Virus record (IMG/VR): IMGVR_UViG_3300014720_000003
Span: 32,001-96,000 of that record
Origin: a virus
Reading direction: 5' to 3' (one strand)
DNA length: 64,000 bases
Positions 1-6,211 of the stretch are shown piece by piece. Under the pieces are notes generated by a model that made no database searches, was not told the origin of the DNA, and saw only the letters and a program-made list of their open reading frames with translations. Position numbers and translations under genes: made by a program. Each line of letters opens with the position of its first letter. Positions within the stretch are counted from its first letter, which is position 1.

Positions 1-173
1 ATTTGATGATCCGTTTCGATTCTGTCGCGTCGGTCACACTTAGCATCCAATTCGGCCAGCGTCACACCATCGGTGCGATTATCGCGGAAGTCCTCGGGCA
101 GCCAACTATTCGGCACCACGATGCAATCTTTGATAATCCGCTCAAACTCCGCCATCAGTTCGTAGCCGTTCAT
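1..173 (-). CDS. small early hypothetical protein (runs off window start)
   Basis: Hand-translated MNGYELMAEFERIIKDCIVVPNSWLPEDF...; GGAGG RBS 5' of ATG at 173; directly downstream of the promoter at 196-223. Confidence 0.7.
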   Translation of the reverse strand, partial: MNGYELMAEFERIIKDCIVVPNSWLPEDFRDNRTDGVTLAELDAKCDRRDRIETDHQ

Positions 174-195
174 GGTTTCCTCCGTTGTTGTATGG

Positions 196-223
196 ATTAT
201 ACAGATGGAAAAGGGCTTGTCAA
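196..223 (-). promoter_or_regulatory. sigma70-type promoter TTGACA-N16-TATAAT
   Basis: Perfect consensus hexamers on the minus strand, upstream of an RBS and ATG. Confidence 0.85.
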
Positions 224-239
224 CTCGACAAAAATCAGT

Positions 240-255
240 AGCAAATACTGTGCCA
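240..255 (-). promoter_or_regulatory. sigma54 (-24/-12)-like box TGGCAC-AGTAT-TTGCT
   Basis: Matches the RpoN consensus TGGCAC-N5-TTGCW. Confidence 0.55.
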
Positions 256-293
256 AAGTGGCAGGCCGGGCGCGCCACCCGCCATTATGGCAG
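251..293. repeat. tandem (T/C)GCCA-N3-TGGCA palindrome pair, 29-bp period
   Basis: tgccaaagtggca at 251 and cgccattatggca at 280, with a GC-rich spacer. Confidence 0.75.
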
Positions 294-304
294 ATGGTCT
301 TTTT

Positions 305-382
305 TTAGATTAGGGATAGAAAGTAGGTCATAACAATAAAACCCACCAGGAATCCCACAAATCTTACAATATTTTCAATCAT
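305..382 (-). CDS. 25-aa hydrophobic micropeptide
   Basis: MIENIVRFVGFLVGFIVMTYFLSLI; start overlaps the end of the upstream ORF. Confidence 0.5.
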   Translation of the reverse strand: MIENIVRFVGFLVGFIVMTYFLSLI

Positions 383-482
383 TATTTTCCCTCATTGGAA
401 AAACCAAATCAGAAACAAACCAACAACCAACAACACCAGCAACAAATCCCACACCTATTTGTACCCAGTTTATATCGGCCAT
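375..482 (-). CDS. 35-aa single-TM micropeptide
   Basis: MADINWVQIGVGFVAGVVGCWFVSDLVFPMRENND; purine-rich RBS (AAGGGG) upstream. Confidence 0.55.
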   Translation of the reverse strand: MADINWVQIGVGFVAGVVGCWFVSDLVFPMRENND

Positions 483-497
483 CCCTAGCCCCTTTCT

Positions 498-590
498 TTA
501 GTCTAAGATGTTTTCCACAAAGAATAATACGGTTTTGACCATAATAACCAGTATTAGAAAACCCACAACTCCAAATAATAGACCTATCAT
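498..590 (-). CDS. 30-aa hydrophobic micropeptide
   Basis: MIGLLFGVVGFLILVIMVKTVLFFVENILD; ATGA overlap with the stop of 587..898. Confidence 0.55.
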   Translation of the reverse strand: MIGLLFGVVGFLILVIMVKTVLFFVENILD

Positions 591-898
591 CCTTGCACCA
601 CCATATTTTCCATAAAAGGATATTCCTTGCCGTTGATTCTCACAAACCATTCGTACTTCCGCTGGTACACTCTCACCGGGCTATACTGGTTGATTCTATC
701 CTTAGTTGTGACCGTTTGCCATCCCCCCGTTTGCAGGGTATAGGTATTGTCGGGATGAATCTTCACAACATAGGTACTGTGCAGCATAATACCAACGCTA
801 TTATCATGCAGGATTTCAGCGTATGTATTATTACCAATCTTCCGCCGGCTCTTATTACGCTTGCCGCGAACCATGCTAACCGCTTCGTTGTAATTCAT
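587..898 (-). CDS. phage hypothetical protein (103 aa)
   Basis: Translationally coupled ORF; GGWQTVTTKDRIN motif of a type I associate with small phage early proteins. Confidence 0.75.
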   Translation of the reverse strand: MNYNEAVSMVRGKRNKSRRKIGNNTYAEILHDNSVGIMLHSTYVVKIHPDNTYTLQTGGWQTVTTKDRINQYSPVRVYQRKYEWFVRINGKEYPFMENMVVQG

Positions 899-987
899 CA
901 GAAAAGTTCCCCGTATCCGTGAAGGTAATCGTACACCCTAACACTCACACAATAACCTATCAAACCGAAAAACGCAAGAGCAATCAT
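898..987 (-). CDS. 29-aa hydrophobic micropeptide
   Basis: MIALAFFGLIGYCVSVRVYDYLHGYGELF; AAGGGA RBS; TGATG overlap with the next gene; first ORF after the promoter at 1014-1041. Confidence 0.55.
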   Translation of the reverse strand: MIALAFFGLIGYCVSVRVYDYLHGYGELF

Positions 988-1013
988 GCTTCGTTCCCTT
1001 GTTGTATATCGGT

Positions 1014-1041
1014 ATTCTACAGCCCAAAGTTTAGTTGTCAA
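1014..1041 (-). promoter_or_regulatory. sigma70-type promoter TTGACA-N16-TAGAAT
   Basis: Near-consensus hexamers with the same 16-bp spacer as the sibling promoters. Confidence 0.8.
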
Positions 1042-1057
1042 ACGGAGAAAATATTTT

Positions 1058-1100
1058 TGCCATTTTGGCAGATCGGGCGCGCCGCCTGCCATTTTGGCAG
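1058..1100. repeat. tandem TGCCATTTTGGCA palindrome pair, 29-bp period
   Basis: Copies at 1058 and 1087. Confidence 0.8.
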
Positions 1101-1147
1101 AGACCCCTCATTGGTGGGGGAGCGGCACCATACCCCTTAGTGGGGGG

Positions 1148-1522
1148 TTATTCCCCATCCCACCCAAAGGGGGAGACTTCCTCTCCACTGGCGAGAATCG
1201 CACCATACTGTTCGGCCAAGGCCGCTTTCCGCTCATCGCAACCGGGCTTGCCCACCTTGATAATCATCGTATCATCACCCCCCTTGTAGCGGGGGTCAAC
1301 CCTCTCAACCTTACGCTTGCCCACGCGACGTAACGCCTTGCGATTGAACTTGAGAACCTTTTCGGTCATCACCTTACGCTGTCGATCACCGACCCCGTAA
1401 ACATAGTCTACGCCGTCGATCACCCGATCATCGGAAACGTCGATAGCGTCGGGGATAGCGATTCCATAGAGCCAGTTGATGATAGCACGCTGAAAATCAC
1501 GCAGAATCGGACTAGTTGACAT
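1148..1522 (-). CDS. early hypothetical protein (124 aa)
   Basis: MSTSPILRDF...; GGAG RBS before ATG at 1522 favours this start over the longer ORF-track start. Confidence 0.7.
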   Translation of the reverse strand: MSTSPILRDFQRAIINWLYGIAIPDAIDVSDDRVIDGVDYVYGVGDRQRKVMTEKVLKFNRKALRRVGKRKVERVDPRYKGGDDTMIIKVGKPGCDERKAALAEQYGAILASGEEVSPFGWDGE

Positions 1523-1592
1523 GATGCTTTGCTCCAAAGGATTACTGACTGTACCAAAAAACTTTTTTGACCACAACCCCCATTCTGGGGGA

Positions 1593-1802
1593 CTACCATC
1601 CATTCTGTCGACAAGTCTCATCCCACGAATCCTGTTCACGACGCTGGCGGTCACTCATCGGCTCGTCACCCGGGCACCATTCATCTTTAGCAGCATCGTA
1701 GGCATCGTCGGAATAATCGTACGATCCAACTTCACAATGTTCGCCACAACGCGAGCAAATATCCTGAAACCGAACTTCCGCACCACAGCAATCACTCAGC
1801 AT
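1593..1802 (-). CDS. small Cys-rich (zinc-finger-like) early protein
   Basis: SDCCGA...CSRCGEHC; GGAG RBS; follows the promoter at 1840-1867. Confidence 0.7.
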   Translation of the reverse strand: MLSDCCGAEVRFQDICSRCGEHCEVGSYDYSDDAYDAAKDEWCPGDEPMSDRQRREQDSWDETCRQNGW

Positions 1803-1839
1803 TTTTCACTCTCCGTTTCTTTCTTTCTTTCTATATCGG

Positions 1840-1867
1840 ATTATACGGTCTGAAACTTGAAAAGCAA
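1840..1867 (-). promoter_or_regulatory. sigma70-type promoter TTGCTT-N16-TATAAT
   Basis: Repeated promoter family. Confidence 0.75.
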
Positions 1868-1899
1868 ACCGAAAAAAATCGGGAGAGAAAAATATTTTG

Positions 1900-1941
1900 T
1901 GGCACAATATTTGCTGGCGCGATTTTGGTACAAGATTTGCT
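1900..1941 (+). promoter_or_regulatory. two sigma54-like boxes (TGGCAC-AATAT-TTGCT; TGGTAC-AAGAT-TTGCT)
   Basis: At 1900-1915 and 1926-1941; GG-N10-GC spacing intact. Confidence 0.55.
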
Positions 1942-1944
1942 AGC

Positions 1945-2088
1945 CTGCCATTTTGGCAGTTCGCGCGGCCGATCTGCCATTTTGGCAGTCTGGCTGACTG
2001 TCATTATGGCAGCCAGCCGATAGGATCGGCTAGAACACCCCCCTAGAGGGGTAGAGCCCCACCCCCCCCTATTGGTGGGGATACCCCC
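1945..2088. repeat. ~140-bp palindrome-rich direct repeat, copy 1
   Basis: Near-identical to 2786-2925; the first ~43 bp recur at 3605-3647. Confidence 0.9.
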
Positions 2089-2103
2089 ACGTACATTTGT
2101 TCA

Positions 2104-2301
2104 CTACTTAGCGTGAATGAACACCCGTTCACTCACCGTACGAGCGGTCAACGTAATGATCCAGTTATTACCGCTACCATCCTCCCGCACGATTCCGTTC
2201 ACCAATCCACAGTGAGCCTTACCCTTGGGATCAATCACTCCAACATACTTACCAGTTCGCATAGCGGAAAAAATCTTATCAAGGTTATTTGTGTTCATCA
2301 T
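2104..2301 (-). CDS. small early hypothetical protein (65 aa)
   Basis: AAGGA RBS; second gene of a cassette. Confidence 0.7.
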   Translation of the reverse strand: MMNTNNLDKIFSAMRTGKYVGVIDPKGKAHCGLVNGIVREDGSGNNWIITLTARTVSERVFIHAK

Positions 2302-2365
2302 TCTTTATTCCTTCACGGGTAGTCCCCCAACGGGGGGAGGGTTGGTCCTTCCATCCATCGGGGGG

Positions 2366-2632
2366 TCAACCCGCCCCGACACTCTCCAGCATATCGCGGC
2401 GGGTCTTACCCTCGGGCCAGTATTCGGTGACGATGCACGTGTAGTGGTGCATGTTCTCCATGTAGAACGTCTTATACTCGGTCGTGCCGTTGGGGCCGAC
2501 ACTGTGGAGAACAACCCGACGACCCTTGGGGCCGTCGACCACACTCTCCACCACGCCGACGAACAGCCGATCATCACTCTTGCGAAAGCCACAGAACGCA
2601 CGACCAACAACCACGTTATCCATTTTCATCAT
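2366..2632 (-). CDS. small early protein, paralogue family A
   Basis: VGRAFCGFRKSDDRLFVGVVESV..PKG...YKTFYMENM aligns with 3750..4031. Confidence 0.8.
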   Translation of the reverse strand: MMKMDNVVVGRAFCGFRKSDDRLFVGVVESVVDGPKGRRVVLHSVGPNGTTEYKTFYMENMHHYTCIVTEYWPEGKTRRDMLESVGAG

Positions 2633-2666
2633 CCTTCAACTAGGGGTTATCTTCAACTCTGCCACG

Positions 2667-2694
2667 ATTATACAGTAGAGTATCGGTAAAGCAA
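2667..2694 (-). promoter_or_regulatory. sigma70-type promoter TTGCTT-N16-TATAAT
   Basis: Repeated promoter family. Confidence 0.75.
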
Positions 2695-2727
2695 ACGGAA
2701 AAAAATAGAGGAAATATTTTTGCGATT

Positions 2728-2781
2728 TGGCACAGGATTTGCTGTTGCCAATTTGGCAGGGATTTTGGCATGATATTTGCT
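2728..2781 (+). promoter_or_regulatory. two sigma54-like boxes (TGGCAC-AGGAT-TTGCT; TGGCAT-GATAT-TTGCT)
   Basis: At 2728-2743 and 2766-2781. Confidence 0.55.
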
Positions 2782-2785
2782 GCAT

Positions 2786-2925
2786 CTGCCATTTTGGCAG
2801 TTCGCGCGGCCGATCTGCCATTTTGGCAGCTTGGCTGACTGTCATTATGGCAGCCGATAGGATCGGCTGATACACCCCCCCTGAGAGGGGTAGAGCCCCA
2901 CCCCCCTATTGGTGGGGATACCCCC
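2786..2925. repeat. ~140-bp palindrome-rich direct repeat, copy 2
   Basis: Near-identical to 1945-2088. Confidence 0.9.
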
Positions 2926-2939
2926 CTCGGTGGGGGCCA

Positions 2940-3137
2940 CTATTTGGTGGGGGTAGTTCCTATCCTCAACCCCTCCCCCCTTTCCAGTCTCCTGACTAGA
3001 TAATCGTAGTCGTCCGTTCTGAACAATTGAACACCATCGGTATTTTTCACGAGCCATTCCCGACAATGCCCGGTCCAACGGCTGTCGATTTGCAGATTGT
3101 GACGATTTGCGAGGATTTGTAGCGTAGCGTTGGTCAT
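2940..3137 (-). CDS. small early hypothetical protein (65 aa)
   Basis: MTNATLQILANRHN...; AAGGA RBS before ATG at 3137. Confidence 0.65.
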   Translation of the reverse strand: MTNATLQILANRHNLQIDSRWTGHCREWLVKNTDGVQLFRTDDYDYLVRRLERGEGLRIGTTPTK

Positions 3138-3204
3138 GATTTTTTCCTTAGGGGTTAGTCCCCCAACGGGGGGAGAGTATGATTGTTCCCGCCGTTGTCC
3201 AGAA

Positions 3205-3426
3205 TCACGAGATATCGACATTCCAGTATTCTACGTTGTCGCACTCGTCGAGATAGAGCGTAGCATACTTAGTCTGCTTCCACTCCCGATCCCAGTTTGC
3301 GACCACGATCATGATGCCACGATCACCCATGTCGCGGACCTTTTCGATCCATCCGTCGAAATACTTGCCGTCGCGGCGACGAGTGGCGAAAAACTGCTGG
3401 AGGGGCTTCGGGGTATCGGCAATCAT
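3205..3426 (-). CDS. small early protein, divergent member of paralogue family A
   Basis: MIADTPK...RRRDGKYFDGWIEKV...KYATLYLDEC resembles RNDGRYFVGIVESV...YKSFYLE; start taken downstream of the promoter. Confidence 0.65.
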   Translation of the reverse strand: MIADTPKPLQQFFATRRRDGKYFDGWIEKVRDMGDRGIMIVVANWDREWKQTKYATLYLDECDNVEYWNVDIS

Positions 3427-3472
3427 GTTTCTATCTTTCTCTGCTAGGGGTTTCATTCTCAACTCTGCCATT

Positions 3473-3500
3473 GTTATATCATCTAGTATCGGCAAATCAA
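3473..3500 (-). promoter_or_regulatory. sigma70-type promoter TTGATT-N16-TATAAC
   Basis: Repeated promoter family with conserved flanks. Confidence 0.7.
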
Positions 3501-3533
3501 ACGGAAAAAAACAGCGGAAATATTTTTGCGATT

Positions 3534-3683
3534 TGGCATGATATTTGCTAGGGCAAAAACTGTGCCGAAAAAATTTTTGCGATTTGGCATGATATTTGCT
3601 GCATCTGCCATTTTGGCAGTTCGCGCGGCCGATCTGCCATTTTGGCATGTGTCTGCCATTTGTTGTATGGCACAACATTTGCT
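3534..3683 (+). promoter_or_regulatory. cluster of sigma54-like boxes and a palindrome pair
   Basis: Boxes at 3534-3549, 3585-3600 and 3668-3683 (+), with a CGGCAC-N5-TTGCC variant at 3552-3567 (-); palindromes at 3606 and 3635. Confidence 0.55.
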
Positions 3684-3749
3684 ACTGCCGTTATGGCAGT
3701 TTTCTAGCCTGCCAGTTTGGCAGATACAATATCTCCCCCGATGGGGGGT

Positions 3750-4031
3750 TCAAGCCCCCGCGGTTTCCGCGAGCAACCGGGCAACATACTGATCCCGCGT
3801 CAAGCCCGCGGGCCAATGCTTCGTTTCATTGCATGAATAGATATCCATCGTTTCAAGATAGAATGATTTGTAGATCGTCTTGACCTCTCCGTTGACCACA
3901 CTCTCGGCCGTATGCAGCACTATCAGCGTACCCTTGGGGGTAGACTTTACACTCTCCACGATTCCGACGAAATATCGACCATCGTTCCGAAAGCCCGAAA
4001 AAGCGTATCCAACCTTTACTGTATCCATCAT
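3750..4031 (-). CDS. small early protein, paralogue family A
   Basis: Clear alignment to 2366..2632; GGAG RBS. Confidence 0.8.
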   Translation of the reverse strand: MMDTVKVGYAFSGFRNDGRYFVGIVESVKSTPKGTLIVLHTAESVVNGEVKTIYKSFYLETMDIYSCNETKHWPAGLTRDQYVARLLAETAGA

Positions 4032-4067
4032 TCATTCTCCGTTGAGATATCTTCCGAACTACACCCT

Positions 4068-4095
4068 ATTCTACAGCATAGTATCGGCAAAGCAA
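4068..4095 (-). promoter_or_regulatory. sigma70-type promoter TTGCTT-N16-TAGAAT
   Basis: Repeated promoter family. Confidence 0.7.
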
Positions 4096-4148
4096 ACGGA
4101 AAAAAACAGCCGAAATATAGGTGGGGAAAACTTCATCATTCGATTATT

Positions 4149-4164
4149 TGGTATGATATTTGCA
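4149..4164 (+). promoter_or_regulatory. sigma54-like box TGGTAT-GATAT-TTGCA
   Basis: GG-N10-GC spacing; similar position relative to the sigma70 promoter as in the other cassettes. Confidence 0.45.
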
Positions 4165-4224
4165 TGGTGGGGGTTTGCACTGATCCCCCCGATAGGGGGG
4201 TGGGGGCATGGCAGGGGGTACGCT

Positions 4225-4252
4225 CCCCCGATAGGGGGGTTTTTCTGTTTTC
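4225..4252 (+). terminator. possible intrinsic terminator
   Basis: CCCCC-GATA-GGGGG hairpin followed by GTTTTTCTGTTTT; a twin hairpin lies at 4185-4200. Confidence 0.45.
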
Positions 4253-4362
4253 TAAAGGACTGTGCGTTTTTTGCGACAAAATCGCCGGGTGGTCCAAACA
4301 CAATTCGACCACCATAAAAAAATTAGCCAGTTTCTTTTTTATCTGCTTGGCTACTATAAGAT

Positions 4363-5187
4363 ATGAGAACCTACCAGACTCGATGTTTCAATCTTCTACG
4401 ATCACAAGAAAGATCGTATCGTCAAAATGTGTTGCTTGATACTATAGAATCTTTTCAAGCTAATTATAACCATTATAAAGCTCAAGCCTCACACAATTTA
4501 AACACATGGTTATCACTATACCAACCACAACCCCCCATAGTTGATGTTGTATCTATGGATTGGGGTGATGCTACATTATTATTTACTAAAAAATATGCTC
4601 ACACATTCTGCGTACTTAATATGGCCAACCCCACCTATCCTGGCGGTGGTTACTTATACAATTGTGTTGCTCAAGAAGAAAATATGTTTCGACGATCAGA
4701 TTGTTTTTTTAGTATCACAGACAATCTACTAGATTCTGAATTATACTCATATAATACTAATTTTAGCAATTTATTACAAGCTCACAATAATCTTGTTTAT
4801 CTAGACACCAACCCCCGACTCTGCATAAAAAGTGGTGAACAATCTCAATACAAACTATTGGATAATAGTAATATATTCTCTTTCTTGGAATTACGAGCAT
4901 CCGCCCAAGATTTGAGAAATGGAAACTCTTTGAATATCGATAACGCTGTTCACAGAATAGAAGCTCAATTTGATACTCTTTTACAACACAATATACAACA
5001 CGTAATATTTAGCGCTTTTGGTTGTGGTGCTTTTAATAATCCCCCAAAAACTATTGCTAATATATATAAACAACAAATACTCAACTATAAAAAATACTTT
5101 AAAGCTATAGTATTCGCTATATACTATCCTGGCTATGGTCCCGACAATTATACCACATTTAGCAAAGTGTTACTCGCTAATAGCTGA
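4363..5187 (+). CDS. bacterial-type poly(ADP-ribose) glycohydrolase (DUF2263/TIGR02452 macrodomain)
   Basis: LNMAN..PGGG-x7-QEE PARG catalytic loop and AFGCGAF.NPP motif. Confidence 0.85.
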   Translation: MRTYQTRCFNLLRSQERSYRQNVLLDTIESFQANYNHYKAQASHNLNTWLSLYQPQPPIVDVVSMDWGDATLLFTKKYAHTFCVLNMANPTYPGGGYLYNCVAQEENMFRRSDCFFSITDNLLDSELYSYNTNFSNLLQAHNNLVYLDTNPRLCIKSGEQSQYKLLDNSNIFSFLELRASAQDLRNGNSLNIDNAVHRIEAQFDTLLQHNIQHVIFSAFGCGAFNNPPKTIANIYKQQILNYKKYFKAIVFAIYYPGYGPDNYTTFSKVLLANS

Positions 5188-5379
5188 AGAATTCTTTTTT
5201 CTACGACCTCTTGGTTTGCTAACACCAATCTTACGACGCTGACGACGAACCATACCATAAGTCACAGTTTCGCTAGTCATTTCGCTTAATTTAGCGGCTA
5301 ATTCAACATCGCTAAAAGATCCTAGATTATTACGAATAAAATCGATTTCAGCATCTGTCCATTTTTTATATGTGGCCAT
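5170..5379 (-). CDS. small HTH DNA-binding protein
   Basis: KWTDAEIDFIR...ELAAKL...VRRQRRKIG pattern; GAAAGG RBS before ATG at 5379. Confidence 0.7.
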   Translation of the reverse strand: MATYKKWTDAEIDFIRNNLGSFSDVELAAKLSEMTSETVTYGMVRRQRRKIGVSKPRGRRKKNSSAISE

Positions 5380-5460
5380 AAAACCTTTCCTTTTTTGACA
5401 AAAAGTGTACGAATCATAATATATACTAGGTTTTGTGTCTTTTAACGCAAGAGGATTTTT

Positions 5461-5622
5461 ATGCATATTGACAATATTACCCCACTAATCTTACACGTAA
5501 CCGCTAAAGATAATGTTTCAGTGGACCAAGACCTTAATAGTATTCAAAATAAATCACTAGTGGAACTAATAAATGACGAAGAAAAAAAGAACCAAGAAAA
5601 CGAAGACAATATCGGTGGATGA
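5461..5622 (+). CDS. 53-aa hypothetical protein
   Basis: Hand-found ORF MHIDNITPLILHVTAK... with GAGG RBS; overlaps the next gene. Confidence 0.45.
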   Translation: MHIDNITPLILHVTAKDNVSVDQDLNSIQNKSLVELINDEEKKNQENEDNIGG

Positions 5623-6211
5623 AAATGAGTTTCTTAAAATTGTTGATATTATATCAAAGAAATTAGCGTATAAATTTAAATTTGGATACCATGACTACAA
5701 CGATATGAAACAGCAAATCAGCATATTTGCACTAGAAGGACTAAAAAATTATGATCACAAAAGACCCCTAGAAAACTTTCTATGGACCCACGTTAGAAAT
5801 CGATTGTTTAATTACAAACGAGACAACTATCAACGCCCAGACAAACCCTGCTTAACATGTCCACTATATGACAAAGGATGCAAACAAAGTGCTAGTGGTT
5901 GTTTAGAATATTCCAATAAAAATGATTGCGAACTATATAGTAGTTGGTTGGATCGTAATAGTACCAAAAAAAACCTTATGTATCTTAATACTATAGACGA
6001 GGTTAAAAATTATGGATCAGCATTTGTAAGTAATGATGATTCTTTTATGAATCAAATTAGCACATCAGAAATTATAAAACTCATAGATCAACATTTGGTG
6101 GGCGAAGAACGAACCATTTACCTAAAGTTAAAAGCCGGATCCAAAATACCCAAAGCTGATATGACTAAACTTAGCATCAAACTTAAAGAGATTATTAAAA
6201 ATCATGGCTAA
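5573..6211 (+). CDS. phage-encoded sigma70-family (ECF-like) sigma factor
   Basis: Region-2-like DMKQQ....ALEGL..YD..R.LENFL...VRNRLFNYKRD, a Cys-rich insert and a short region-4-like C-terminus; sits at the head of the late module. Confidence 0.7.
   Translation: MTKKKRTKKTKTISVDENEFLKIVDIISKKLAYKFKFGYHDYNDMKQQISIFALEGLKNYDHKRPLENFLWTHVRNRLFNYKRDNYQRPDKPCLTCPLYDKGCKQSASGCLEYSNKNDCELYSSWLDRNSTKKNLMYLNTIDEVKNYGSAFVSNDDSFMNQISTSEIIKLIDQHLVGEERTIYLKLKAGSKIPKADMTKLSIKLKEIIKNHG

Noticed and set aside
1900-3723. Repeats as a CRISPR array
   Set aside because: No run of equal repeats with unique 30-40 nt spacers. Copies are hundreds of bp apart with genes between them, and there is no cas operon; the Cas4-like gene is a typical stand-alone phage nuclease.
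3-4439. Plus-strand ORFs and repeat-spanning ORFs of the early region (e.g. 593..922, 2225..2689, 2636..2875, 3912..4439)
   Set aside because: They are shadows of minus-strand genes or run through palindromic repeats. Promoters and RBSs all support the minus strand.
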